NCBI RefSeq assembly: GCF_018350175.1 | Contig: NC_058382.1 | Coordinates: 53,756,001-53,820,000 of the forward strand | DNA length: 64,000 nucleotides | DNA from: Felis catus | Taxonomy: Eukaryota | Reading direction: 5' to 3' | In this document: piece after piece, positions 24,197 to 37,059 of the stretch | How the letters are laid out: each line of letters opens with the position of its first letter | How positions within the stretch are numbered: the first letter of the stretch is position 1 | Position numbers and translations under genes: made by a program | Notes under the pieces: model-generated | Databases searched by the model: none | What the model saw: the letters and a program-made list of their open reading frames with translations, nothing else | Told to the model about the DNA's origin: nothing

Positions 24197-25430
24197 AATA
24201 AATAATAAAATGTAAAAACCATTCTTAGCTTGTAAACTATACAAAAACAGGCAGTGGACCTGTTTAGCCTGTAGGCTACAGTTCGCTGACCCTAGTACAG
24301 AGGGCATTGGATTGAGTGGCCTTGAATGCATCCTCCAGCACCAAAATCCAAGGGTTCTCCACTGAACCAAAAACTACTGTGTGGGGTAGAGAACAAGCAC
24401 TAGGTATTGCTTCTTTCCTAAGCACCTCCTTCCCAAGTCACTAACGCTCTGACAGGTCAATGAAAAATTCCCACAGGAGACTCCTGGGTTGAATCCTAAG
24501 GAGTCTCAGAGAGAATTCCAAGACCCCCGGATGCATTTGCATTGTGCAGACAGAGCAGAAAGTATGTGGGGTCAGAGGAGAAGGAAACCTAGGCATTAAG
24601 CAGAACAGGGCAGGCAATACGTAGCAAGGCTAAGTGGCACTTTCTCTCACTGTTACAACAAAGCCTCAGAATCTTTCCCAACCCGCTGGTCTACAGGGAC
24701 AGTAACAGCATAATGCAAGCACACACAGGGAACCAGTTGGCCACCATCTACATGTTTTCTTTTCTTTTTTTTTTTTTCTAGCTAGAGGCACAGAGGATAC
24801 TTGACTGGAGGCACCTGGCTAGGTCCGATACAGATGTTTATTCTGAGGGGCAGCTATCGTTCAAGGGTGAAGGGTGGCAAACGCGAAGCACGAATTTCCC
24901 TGTGCTTATTCTGCAGGCCTTCCTCCCAAGGAAGGAAGCGCTATGGCCACTTCTCAGTCTGAAGAATGTCCAACCAAACAAGAAGTTGCTCTCTACAAGT
25001 ACTTTATCCGCAATGACGTTGTTTGGTGAGCCGGATGGGTTGGATCTGGTCCCCTCTCCCCTCCACAGAAGGGGAAGGACCCAATTCTACTTCAGTTCTC
25101 TCGTGACCACCTGGAAGCTGCAAAACCTGGCCACTGGTTATAAAAACAGCCTTCTCCCCGAGCGGGTATTGGAAGCCTCCGGTTGGGGAGAGACACTGAG
25201 CAGAAGTCTGGAGCCTCATGGAAACGAACTGTGGTTGGTCACTGGAGACCAGGGTGACTGCGGTAACAAACAGCAATGATCTCGGCAGCTCGACCAGATA
25301 AACATTTACGATTTCCCTTGCATAAAACCCAACGCAGGCAATCCTGTTCAGCCGGCTCTCCTGAGTGGCTCTCCTCCAAAGGGTGACTCAGGGATCCAAG
25401 CCCTGGAGTTTTGGACGTAATCTCGGCCAG

Positions 25431-25607
25431 CAATGCGTCTCAAATTTTGGTGAGCAAAATAATCGCGTGGAGACTGACACGCCACCAGAGATTCTGGTTC
25501 ACTTGGCGGGGGGGGGGGGGGGAGGTGGAGCCACGAATTTGCATTTGGAACATATCCCCAGGTGATGCTGATGCCGCTGGTCCGTGGACCGAACTTTGAG
25601 CGGTACC
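25431..25607 (-). mobile_element. MER5A
   Basis: 'atttgcatttggaacatatccccaggtgatgctgatgccgctggtccgtggaccgaactttgag'. Confidence 0.85.
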
Positions 25608-25892
25608 TTTCTACGCGGACATCTGGGCGTATTGAAATAACAGTATAAAATGGGAGCTGAATGTTGGTATGGCAGCATGATACAATTTGTGGAAATGTTC
25701 ACTTACATGGCACAGAGACACACACAGACGCGCCTTTACTATTTCCCAGAACAGGAGCCTCAAAGATTCACATCAGGTTAGTAACTGCAGTTACCAGCAG
25801 GCTTGGGGATCGAGGTAGGGTGGCCTAGGGGTCTTCAACCTTATCGCTCAACTTTTAGTTTTGTGTAAGTGATATTTAATTCTTGTGTTATC

Positions 25893-25927
25893 TGACTAAT
25901 GACTAATGACTAATGACTAATGACTAA
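25893..25927 (+). repeat. (TGACTAA)5 perfect heptamer tandem repeat
   Basis: Direct reading. Confidence 0.97.
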
Positions 25928-25989
25928 TATTTCATACTTTTTTTTTTAAGGCACTAATGTCTCTGGTGCTCTGTGTCCCTGGAAGAATC

Positions 25990-26165
25990 CACTCCAGTGT
26001 CATCTATATGCTTTTGACTTCCTTGGATGTTGTGAGCAATTATCTGTTTGTATTCCTGTCTCCCCCTTTTGACCACGAGCTCACTGAGAGCTGACACATT
26101 TCCTGGCCACTTCTGTCCCTTTGGGTGGGAACAGGTGCTTAACACACAGAAGGTGCATAGCACCC
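25990..26165 (+). mobile_element. L2 3' end
   Basis: 'ctgtctccccctttgaccacgagctcactgagagctgacac'. Confidence 0.6.
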
Positions 26166-28439
26166 ACGAAAGACTCAGAGGGTCTCATCAGCAGCCTTCT
26201 GGGCGAATCAGTGAGTCCACCGTGAAGCCCCGGGGTTCTACCCGTCTCCCTGCAGTTGTCTAGCCCAGTCTACACAGAGGGCTGGCACCAAGTGGGCCAC
26301 TGGGTTAACAGCCCCGGGCTGTCGTACAGGCTGTTTTGTACCGATGCAGCTGTCCCCGTTGCTACAATATGGAGATACTTGCGCGCGAGCTAGTGTCCTC
26401 ACCCTCCCCACTTGTGGCTTTTCCATATATCGCTGCAATCCAGCAACTCAAGGGTTATGGCCTGACCCAGGAGAAGGCTCTGGCACCTTGCTCCAGAGCT
26501 GTGCCAGTGGTGACCAGTCTCACGGGTTATCACAGGTCGTGAGGGTCACCCGTGAGCATTGCTAATAGGCAAACAGTGCCAAGTCCTCTGACCCACGTAC
26601 CATTCTCATGGAAACCTCAGCATGTCCCTCCACTCTCCGAAGCCTGACGTCCCAAGAGCTCGTCTGGACCAGAGTCCTTGAGGACAAATCCCACTCTGTG
26701 TAACCCAGAGCCCCTACCTTTACTACTAGCATTGGCAAAGGCCATTGGCAAAGTCCATCGGCTCTGGACACCAGCTGGACTGGAACCACATTCGACCCCT
26801 GAAACCCCAGCCCTGCGAGGAAGCGCTCCACACCCAGCCGCCTCAGCGTCGCGGCCTCAAGGCGCGCCACACGCACACTTTGAGCCCTGCCTGGCCCGCC
26901 TGGCCCCAGGAGGCCCTGCACTTTCTGCAGAACTGTTCCCTCCCCTTCCAAGAGTTCACCGCGTCCCGTGTGCACAGGGAGGCTGCCGGCTGAACGAAGG
27001 GTTCAGTGTATCAAGTTAAACAAAAACCTCTCTAGGATTGCTCAAGAGCGTCTGGAGTACCCAAAGAGAGGCCACATCTGCCCACTCAAGGGACTTGCAA
27101 GTTCAGGTGTTTCTCCTTCCCCGCTGTTGCGTTTACACAACACAGCAATGAAAGGAAAATAGATAAATGTTATTTACCCACAAGGCACTTTAATCAAATC
27201 CTCCAAAAAGTAAAAAAAAAAAAAAAAAAAAAAAGTTATTAATGTAGTCAGCATCCCAGAAACGACAAGTGACGTTTGTAATTGAAGCTAAACGCTTCAG
27301 GCTCCCGGGTGCACCGGACGAGGCGGAACGGAGGTGACGGGCACTGGTCACATGCAGCGCGCCCGGCCTGGATGGTGCCTTTCTGCTTTTGTAGCAGCCG
27401 AGACAGGAGGGGTCTCCAGCTCCCCCTAATCACAAATCAGGCTGAGTGACATCTGCAATGGTAATAATTTCCCCATGAATCGCAGCTGCCCGTCTGCGTT
27501 TCGGAGCTCCTTCCTTCCCCACTGCAAGCCGCAGCTGAACTTCATGCAAAAGCCATCAGCCACAGGGCTGCAATTAATCCAGGAGGGAGATGAGTATTTC
27601 CCGGTTGAAGAATGTACTTGAAAAAAACAAAAACAAAAAACAAACAGCACAGAGGAAACGCTTTTTTTTTTTTTTAATGTAGATATGAGCTCTGAATCCC
27701 TATAGAAACACGTTCCTTACATTTCTGTGCCAGATAATCCTGAACAGGGGAAGGCGGAGCGTGTCTCTCTCGACCAGCCTGCACCCCTGCGCCTCCATTT
27801 ACCTTGGGGCATGACTCTCAACTGTGGTGGCTTCAAAATATCAATACCTGAATCCCAACACGGACTCTTGAATGGGGAAGGGCGTGGACACTGATCTGTG
27901 CAGATCTGTATCTCCAGATGCCTCTGATGCCCTAGAAACAAGAGTCTGGTACCCAGCCTGCCAGCTCGAGGGTGCCGTTTGGTGGCAGTGAGGGTGAGCC
28001 TCCCTAAGTGTGGGTAGCGTCTTGACTGAGTCTCCCCAGACGTCCTAGCAGTGCCAGACATTCACACCTTCGATGTGGCCCCCAGGCACGCGAGGTGTGC
28101 TGGGAGGGGCGGCCCCCTCCTCCAACGCACGTGTGATGTCTCCCTGCCAGTAACAGAACTGTATTCTGGAGCCTTGCAGTTCTGTCTATGTGTTTTGTTT
28201 TGTTCCCCCATCTCTAGGCACAAACTCCGCCTTTAGAGGTAAACCTTGAGGTCGTCTGCTGTTACTTAGCCTCCAAGAAAGACAGAGCATGACAGGAATG
28301 ACAGAGAAGGACAGGGGGGCACTGAAGCTTCGAAGAGAAAGCAGACTAGAGCTCAACTGGTGGCGGAAGAGAGGTGTGTAGACGCAGGAAGGAACGTGAA
28401 AGTGGCTGTGCCCACTGGGGGACGTGCACAGAATGCCAA

Positions 28440-28594
28440 GCACAAGCGTGCAGGCAGCACGAGGACCGGCAGCAGCGAGTGGGAGCTTCTCGGGAACTCA
28501 GAGTTCCCGAGCCCAGCCCTTAGGAATGAATCGGCATTGGCAATCAAGGAGATCTCCAGTGATGCGTGTGTGTGGAGAAGTCTGAGAACCACTC
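28440..28594 (+). mobile_element. MER5A-like MITE
   Basis: 'gaggaccggcagcagc...gggagctt...agatctccagtgatgcgtgtgtgtggagaagtctgagaaccact'. Confidence 0.75.
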
Positions 28595-29001
28595 CATGGG
28601 TGTTCAGTAACGGGTAGAACAGGCTCTGTGACCAGGGTTCACGCCGCATCGCTCCCTTTCTCTTCCCTTCCTTGACGGCTGATCACGAACCCACAACCGG
28701 CTTCGGACTCCTTCTAAATGGCCAGAGAGACGGCTTGATTTGCTCAAGCCCAGGATGATTTGGCGACATAAATACGTAATTTGTGAAAATAACCGTTTCA
28801 GAAGAGAAACGAATCCGTGTCCTTTCCAATGTTCCCTAAGACCCACCCTGGCTTTGTCCGTCGGGTTTCTTTTTGTCGTTGTTGTTCAACAAGACGTGGT
28901 TGAGCCCAAGAACAGACACACTATCATGGTAGACAGAATGGTGTTTGTTTCAGAAGGCAAAGGCATGTGTCCTGAAGGCACTTCTCAGATACGTATTATT
29001 A

Positions 29002-29022
29002 TTATTTTTTAAGTTTATTTAT

Positions 29023-29069
<47 letters not shown>

Positions 29070-29238
29070 CGTGTGCAAGCAGGGGAGGGTCAGAGACAGG
29101 GGGAGAGAGAGAATCCCAAGCAGGCCCTGCACTGTCAGCACGGAGCCCAACACGGGGCTCGAACTCAAGAACCGTGAGATCATGACCTGACCCGAAACCA
29201 ACTCAGACGTTCAACCAACTGAACCACCCAGGCGCCCC
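29002..29238 (-). mobile_element. Can-SINE (Fc2-like) with a long (GA)n tract
   Basis: TSD tcagatacgtattatta (28985-29001) / tcggttacgtattatta (29239-29255). Confidence 0.95.
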
Positions 29239-29339
29239 TCGGTTACGTATTATTACTCACTGATGGCTTTAATTACAATTCCATGAAAACCCGTTTCACG
29301 GGGTGCAAAAACTGCAAAAAGAAACGAACTCATATTCAT

Positions 29340-29555
29340 GCCCTTTGTGTCCCAAGTTAGACACTTTATGTACGTTTTCTCGAGCCTCCAAATTGACAAT
29401 GCATGTAGATTCAAATGTCTCCATTTTATACAAATGAGGAAACAGAGGATCAGAGAGGCTGGGTGACCTCTCCAAGGTCACACAGAGAGTGAATGGCAGG
29501 CCAGAGTCTGAAGCAGGTGATCTGCAGTCTTTTTACCAGTGCCCTTTCCACCACA
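29340..29555 (-). mobile_element. MIR
   Basis: 'ctccattttatacaaatgaggaaacagaggatcagagaggctgggtgacctctccaaggtcacacag'. Confidence 0.9.
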
Positions 29556-30289
29556 TTCATCAACCGCTGTCATTTAAAAAAAAAAAAAAAAAGGGGAACA
29601 AAAATCAGCCTTGCGAATACACAGAAAGACAGTGTTATTTCAGCAGCAAAGAAAGCATGTGAATGTTAATAAGACCTTTATCCTCTTTGTTAATAGATTA
29701 TTAAACAAGGTTAATATTACTGTGATGGAAGGGGAAAACATCCATCAAAGTGTCCCCCGGAGGCCGCTGTGTTCACAATGCCAAAACACGGGGACGAAGA
29801 GAGAGAAAGCTGTTGGCGTCCACCTGTTGTGCGTACCTGATGCCGGGCACACGGACAGAGTAATGGGCACGCAACGCTGGTTGAGCAGCAAACCGTCCCG
29901 AGACTCGGGGCGCGGAGAGTTTCCCAGAAGAATGTGGCACACGGCGGAACCAGCGAAGCAGAACTCTGGGGCGTCCTATTCATTTGAGGCGTGTTGGACA
30001 AGACACCCTGCGGTCCTGTTCGAAGCCTCTTGTGTAGCCCCTTACTCATCACGGGAGGGTACACAGCTCAGCAGCTGACCGGGGATGTAAATGGAGAGAA
30101 GCAGAAGGAAAGACTACAGGGTCCTCCATGTACCGTCGCAGGCAGCCAAGCACTGGGGGAGGGGTGTGAGCAAGTAGGCAGGCTTCTAGCTTGTGCCATG
30201 GGCATGAGCCGGGAGGTTCCGGCCAGCACCCCACTCGACCGCTTGCCAGTCCTGGGCTCCTGAGCGAGTGCTGCACATCCCTATGCCTT

Positions 30290-30500
30290 AACACATGACT
30301 CTGTAAGTCTGGAGTCGAGAGGTGTCTGTTGTCTGTTGATGGCTTCATTTGCTTTGCTTCGATGGGTGGTAGGAGTAACCGATGAAGTTACTTCTCTAGG
30401 CCTCAGTTTCTACATCTATAACATGGGGAACATATGACCTATCTCTTTCTTACGAGTACTAAAGATAAGTGATCAGCACTGAATGAGGCGTAAAATATGG
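30290..30500 (+). mobile_element. MIR
   Basis: 'ctctaggcctcagtttctacatctataacatgggg'. Confidence 0.8.
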
Positions 30501-31194
30501 GGTCCATGGTAGACAGCTGTGTTCCTGCCCTGTTTTTAAGCGGAAACAACTACTTAGCACTAAATTTGGAGATGAATTTGGAACTTGAGGAACATCAACG
30601 GCCACCATGGAAGGTACTGATTGTAAGTCTTTATAAGAGATATGGAAACGGAACAAGGTCCTTTTGTGTTGTCATTAACTGATGCCCCTTCCCATCAAAG
30701 CCAAGAGCCTACTGGTTTTATGCATCTGTGAAGGCATTTCGACCAGAAGCTAAGCTAACATGGTCCAAATATGTCCCAACATGGGGGCGATCACTTAGAT
30801 CTGCCCAAATACAGAAGCAAAGTAGAGTATCTGGGTGAATGTTTGGGAGTGGGGTCTGCCAGCCACAGACATCAGAATAACTAACTAGAATGTGGGAAAA
30901 AATGCAGACTCACACCCTAAGAAAGGAGTCACACTCTGAAAGGAGCCCAGAAATCTCAATTTTTAAAAGCCATTCAGGTGGTTCCCCAGCACACCGAAGT
31001 TTAGAAATACCTATCTAACCCAGGCTCTCCAAAAAGACAGTGATCCATGAGAGTACATAAAGAAAATATTAAAGTTTCTGTTAAAATTTATTTTTATTTC
31101 TTCTATTTTTCAGTTCAATTTTTCACATGTTTTAAAATGGCTGTAGTACATGTCAACAACACTATAAATGTGTCATTTATATAAAAAAATTAGC

Positions 31195-31398
31195 GGGGCG
31201 CTTGGGTAGCTCAGTCAGTTAAGTGGACGACTTCGGCTCAGGTCATGATCTCACCAGTTTGTGAGCTCGAGCCCCGCGTCAGGCTCTGTGCTGACAGCTC
31301 AGAGCCTGGAGCCTCCTTCAGATTCTGTGTCTCCCTCTCTCTCTCTGCCCCTCCCCTACTCACATTCTGTCTCTCTCAAAAATATAAAACATTTTTTT
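31195..31398 (+). mobile_element. SINEC_Fc
   Basis: Diagnostic body; TSD aaattagc 31187-31194 / 31399-31406. Confidence 0.95.
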
Positions 31399-31433
31399 AA
31401 ATTAGCATGTATGTGTAAAATGTGTATGTTTCT

Positions 31434-31440
31434 ACACACA

Positions 31441-31482
<42 letters not shown>
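31434..31482 (+). repeat. (CA)n microsatellite
   Basis: Direct reading, one interruption at 31441. Confidence 0.97.
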
Positions 31483-31486
<4 letters not shown>

Positions 31487-31861
31487 GTTTGGGGACTACC
31501 AATCTAGAATACTGAATCCTTGGGGGTCTGCCCCTTAGCCTACCTCTCTGGAATGTGTCTCCCCAAACTTTTGGCAAGAGAACAGCAAATCCCTCAGGGG
31601 GAGGGCTCTAGCAAGTGCTTCAAGTCCCATGCTGTGTGGGGTTGCTGGAAGGGGAGCTACCCTCCAGCATGCTGGAGGTGCTGACAGCAGGGGACCCAGC
31701 CGAAGCTTCCATCAGCTTCATGTTCAAAGTTCTGATGTATGTTCTTGATCAGATGGCAAACCACATGCCCTCTGCCTGAAGATGAGCTGTGCCGGGTGAG
31801 GGCCAAAACTTCTCCAACGCCTCCCATTCTTTATAGACTCCTATGTTCAAGCAAGCCCATA

Positions 31862-32150
31862 AGTTCATTAGTTCCATTATTCAACAGATATTTAGGGAAC
31901 GTCTACTAGAGGTGTGATTGTGCTGGGCACTGGGGCTCAGCCGTAAGCAAAGACGATGAGGTCCCACCACTCATGACCTTACTTTCTTATGGGGATGACG
32001 AAAAGTAAAGTAAGCTAAGAAGTAAGTCTGAAGAGTGTCAGTCCACACAGAGGCTACACAGAGGATCCAAAAAGGCAATGCTCTAGAAAGAAACTGGGGG
32101 GGGGGGAGGAGATTACTTAGATGGTACTGGTAGGGAAGGTTCTCTCAAGT
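31862..32150 (-). mobile_element. L2 3' end
   Basis: 'attcaacagatatttagggaacgtctacta...gtgctgggcactgggg...ggtcccaccactcatgaccttac'. Confidence 0.8.
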
Positions 32151-32169
32151 CCAAGTTCCTAAAGTTCTA

Positions 32170-32700
32170 ATTCCTATGCGTTCCTCCTTTGCAAGTTACT
32201 AGAAGACATGCTCTATAAAACATGGAGAGAAACCAAGATGATGGTGTCAGACTCAGGAAATAGGGACTCAGTGTGAAAGAGATGGGAAGGCCACCTGAAA
32301 TGGTGACAGGACGAAATCCCAAGGTCATAGCTGTGATCCCCACCGGGGAGCTACCAATCCAGACTGGAGCGGTTCAGAAGGTGGAGAGACTTCTTTGAGA
32401 AGATGGTATGGATAGAATATCGCCGTTTGAGAAGATTTACACAAATGGTAAGCAGGACTGGGGGCAGAGTAACTTTGTCAAGAACCATGCAAATAGTAGT
32501 AAGAGCAGCAAAGACATCTTATTAATGAGAAAAGGCGTCATACTCTACGCTACATGACTCAGCTGTGAACAGTTGACATAATCAACTACAACATAAACAC
32601 CAAATACCCAGCTTAGCAACATGACGAAATAAGCATGTTGAGAGGACGGGGTCCAGGAAATAGGAATACGTGGACGTGGTGGGGCCTGGAGGTTGGGCAG
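32170..32700 (+). mobile_element. HAL1 (half-L1) fragment
   Basis: 'aagttactagaagacatgctctataaaacatggagagaaaccaag...caggaaatagggg...ccaatccagactggagc' matches remembered HAL1 consensus. Confidence 0.7.
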
Positions 32701-34461
32701 GGCTGTGTGGCTGCCACGGACAAAGGCATGATTCTCATCTTACGTGGCTGGAAGAAGAGAAAAGAGTTAATGCTTGACCCTGAACATGTGGTGCCCAGAA
32801 CTGAACTCCTGAAGTGACTTGGAACCAAGATCCCTCTGTTTTGCACGTGGCCATTAAGGCACTCATTAGTGGGTAAAAGTTGGATCACCGTTTTATTCCA
32901 ACATCACTATATTCCAAGCTTACAGGGACTGCTACTTCCTGATTGAGCTGTGTTAAAAAAAAAAAATACGTAAGACCTTGATATGTCCAATAAGAAGCTT
33001 GAAGACACAGCAGCAGGACCGTATTTGGCAAAGACCATTAAATTCCCCATTGAGCTCCCCATTATCCACCCCCCACCCCCACCCCCCCCCCCCAAGAGGA
33101 GAAAGCAACTTTTAGGGAAAAACACCGTGGCTTGAAAATAAATGCTCAGGTCACAAATGTTTTCCCGTAGTGCACACTGGCCGGGCCCATCTTTTAATTC
33201 CATGGTTTGGTCATGCAAATATTCTCAGGCATCTTTAGTCAGGCCCTGGACTTTTATTTAAATGTGTGATATAAAGAGGGCTCCCGCACTTGCTGGTTGG
33301 GGCTTTTTCTTATTTATTGCCTTCCCTTCTCTCGTGCTCTGGCCTTGCCCCCACAATAAAATCCCACTTAGCACTTGCTTTTTCCAAAAAAACATCATTT
33401 TTCACCATCTTAGGGGTGACGCAAAGAGGAGATGGAAGAAAAACTCCTCTTTCTTTCTTTTTCTTTTTTAAGGGACTAAACGTTCTTCTCTTCTCCCAAA
33501 TATTTAATCATAATTATATTAAGAAACATTTATAAAAAGTTAAGTAATAAAATTAAATAGGTTGGAGAAAAACAGAGAAGCAGACAGCAAAGGATTAAGT
33601 GTAGTAATATAAAGAATAGATTATATTTAATGAAAATTTCTTCAGTGTTCAACATTTTTATTATACTTAATAGTGCTGGGCTTCATTTTTGTCTCCAGTA
33701 ATTGTGTGTCCATAATGAATGGCCATTCTTATTCCCCCATTGAGCCCTGACAGAAATTAATAAACCTAATTCTGTAGGTTTAAGTTTAATTTTGTTGAAA
33801 TATATAAAGTAGTTACATATTCACTTAACAGCCAACCGAAATGCAGTGGCCTTAAGCTTCGCAGCAACTTTATAGCAAGTAAATTGTTTTCTGGATCTTT
33901 CTCCTGAACTCCCTGCTCCTTCCCTTTCTGAATTTAGCCAGGAGCCTCGTGTGTGATGCTTCCAGCTACAGAGGACATGCACGGCCGTGGAGGTGGGACA
34001 GTGGCCAGGGTGAACGTTGTAAAATGTACAATTATGTGATCTAGTCCTTTTCCAAGAACAGCTGTTAATGATTGCTCAGCATTCTCTTGTTGGTTTACAG
34101 TTTGATCAAGAAAGTATGCAATAAAAGAATGGGGGATGGGCATTGTACAAGCTAGCAGTCTTCTAGCAAGAAATAATGTGCGCAGTCTGGTTGCCAGAGC
34201 TGGGAGGGTATGGAATCTCCCCTCGGGGCTTTGAGCACCGGAGGGGCGGGGGGCGCTTCCATGAGGATTCAGCCTTGGGGAATTGGGAGGAATTCAAAGG
34301 GGCCATGTTGACTTGAGATCACATCTGACTGGTCCAACCATTAGTGACTGACAATAAACGTCTTCTTGGAGAAAAGTCAAATACAGCTGGGGATCCCCCC
34401 CAACCCCTCCCTTCCTTAGCCCCTCCTTCAACCCCTTCCTAACCCCTTCTTCCAAATGTCC

Positions 34462-34810
34462 TATCATTCATTTATTCATTCATTCATTCAATCATTCAAC
34501 AAACATTTGAATTTATCACACGTTCTCAGCGCAGGGATAAAACGGACAGCATAAACCAACATGATCCCAAACGTCAGGGAGTTTATCGTTATGGTTGTTT
34601 AATACAGGGTAATCCACAAACAGAAAGTATGATCACAGAGGTATGTGGGAGAAAAGACACACAACAGAAGGGAGTTGACGTGCCCGCGAGGATGAAAATG
34701 CTTTCCTGAGGAAATAACAACAGGGATGAGATCAGAGACGAGAAATTGGGCAGGAAAAGGAGTGGGTGGGGTTCCAGGTAGTGTCCCTGCAGAGGAGATG
34801 GCATGACAAA
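34462..34810 (-). mobile_element. L2 3' end with a (CATT)n tail
   Basis: 'cattcattcattcaatcattcaacaaacatttga'. Confidence 0.75.
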
Positions 34811-35649
34811 TCCGAGGACCCCAGGATGGGATGGGGAGGGAGAAAGGGATGGAAGATGAGGTTTCTTAGAAGGGGCCCCACAGGCTACCCTGTCCTGTCC
34901 AGGCCTTATCACAGGAACAATGGGAACCACCCAACAACTGGTCAAAGCTTGAGCACGAACCAAGAGTTCTGACTTCAGGGACCTTTTCCCTACACCTTAT
35001 CAGCCATCTTCCCTGGACTCCCTATCAGCCCTCTTGACCAACCTCACTAATGGGAGTTGGAAGGACTCCCTTCCAGAGTCACAGGTAACTCACTCCATAT
35101 GATTTATATGTACCAACCTTTATTTCTATAAAGTCTTCAAAATATTCTACTAACAGCCTGAAAGGATGAAGTGTGGAGGACAGTTGTGGGCACAGCATGG
35201 CACAAAAGTCCCATTTCGCAGATCAGCTGTGTAAAGGCAGATGTCGAGACTTAGGCTCTCATATTCTCCATCCCATTCTCCTGTGTGATATCCCCTCTGA
35301 ACTGCGACTCTACACAATAATGGAACTGACTGCACAGGAGACTCAAAGTGTCTCCAAAGCAGCCGCACTGACCATGATTCAGGAAACTACAGATCTAGTC
35401 CCAGCTCCTGCCTCAAACAACCATGGGACCCTGGATAAGACCTGACCTCTCACTGCATCTCAGACTCTGGGCAGTGAGTTCTGAGGACTGACAACTCCAG
35501 CTTCCGAGTTTGAGAATGAAGACTTGCCCAGTAAGGAGGCCCTAGTTGGGGCTTTAAGCGTGGTGGTCCTGATGCCCAGTAGAACCACATTGGGCCAAGT
35601 TAATGGGCCACCCGATCATAGCAGGGGTGAGAGAGAAGGCAGCCTATCT

Positions 35650-35845
35650 CACCAGGTTTACTGGGCTTCAATTCCAGTTGCTGTGCGACCTTAGGCATAT
35701 TCATGAACTTTGCTGGGCCTCAGCTTCCTCATCTATTAAACGGAAGGCAACAAATCTACCAGATGGCTGTGGATCTTAGAGAAAAATGTGCTACAAGGTG
35801 TGGCTTAGTCCCTGACTTAAGTAGATACTCAATAAATATTAGGTA
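35650..35845 (+). mobile_element. MIR
   Basis: 'gctgtgcgaccttaggc...gggcctcagcttcctcatctattaaacgg...tactcaataaatattag'. Confidence 0.85.
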
Positions 35846-37059
35846 CCACCCTTCTCTCTTCTGCCCACCCATCCTTTCAGCTCATCCTCCCTGCCTTCCT
35901 TCTTCCTTCCTTTCTTATTATCTTGTCTCTCCCTCCTTGAGACAATAATTACAACAGTCCCTGACAGGTCACCCCCGCACACCACTTTGTTGAACAATCT
36001 GTTCATTTAAGACAGGGACTTCATTTCTTTGGCCAAGTGCAAAGGGGAGCTTCCCAAGACAGGTTTATTTATCTCAGCGCCGGTACAAACAAGAGCTTTC
36101 TCAGTCCTTAACACCTCCACGGGTCTGCGTTGAGCTGAGTCTATTGTGAGAACTTGTTTAGAAAGGGGACCGAGGTGGGCATGAAGAGAGTCCGCAGATA
36201 ATATCTGCAAAGAGGAAGGAGGAAGAGCATGACAGGGAGTAAAGGGGCATGAGAAGGAGACCCCCCCCCCCAGGTTTGATCTCTGGTCAAGCCCACTCGA
36301 GAACCAGAACCAGAATCCGCTTCCCTTGAGGCCCAACAGATTGAAGCTGCTATTTTGCTTTCCAGGGTTACAAGTTCAAGTACATTAAGTATGTGTGTTG
36401 GGGAAACGTGCCGTTGATAAGAACAGGAGATTATCTTGAGAGCATTCCACTGGCCCTGCCCTCCCTCACTTCTCCCTGAACCCTGATCTCTCCACTGGGC
36501 CCCAGTCCCGGCCAAGCCACAGACTCCAGCTTCGCTCTGCCTTCTGAACCACCCACTCCCCGCATACACACGGCAATGAAAGACCATCTTCTGATAGGCA
36601 GAGCAATCAGCAGCCTGGTTATCAGACCCCCTCCTTCCCATCAACACCGAAGGAAAAAAAAAAAAAAAAAAGAAAAAAGGGAGTCTAAGATTCCAGAAAT
36701 CATAGGCAGCCCCTCTTCCTGAGGGGAGGGAAGCTTTGTGGAAATGAGGGATAGACTTTGGCATCTACTCTTACCAAACAGAATTTTTTCTTCCTGGACA
36801 CTTGTGGAGATGGAGAAGGCTCAGAAAATGCCTTTGTTTGTTTGTGGGGGTTGGGCTGGACAGTGGCCCTTATCAGCTTGGGCAGGGCCAGCCTTGGGTA
36901 TTGCTTCTACCTCCCTCAGGATGGTAAAAAAAAAAAAAAAAAAAAAAAAGTGAAGTTAATGGTAAACAGGAGGACAATGTTCCTGGAAACCCCAGTGTGT
37001 ACACATGTGACAGAATGTGATAAGTGAAGATACTCAAGCTGATTATGTACCAAATGACC

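Larger units (their letters stand above)
23229..24294 (+). mobile_element. MER58B (hAT-Charlie) interrupted by three Can-SINEs
   Basis: Pieces at about 23229-23421, 23645-23772 and 24206-24294; TIRs caggggttggcaa ... ttcgctgacccta; TSD ctacagac / gtacagag. Confidence 0.9.
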
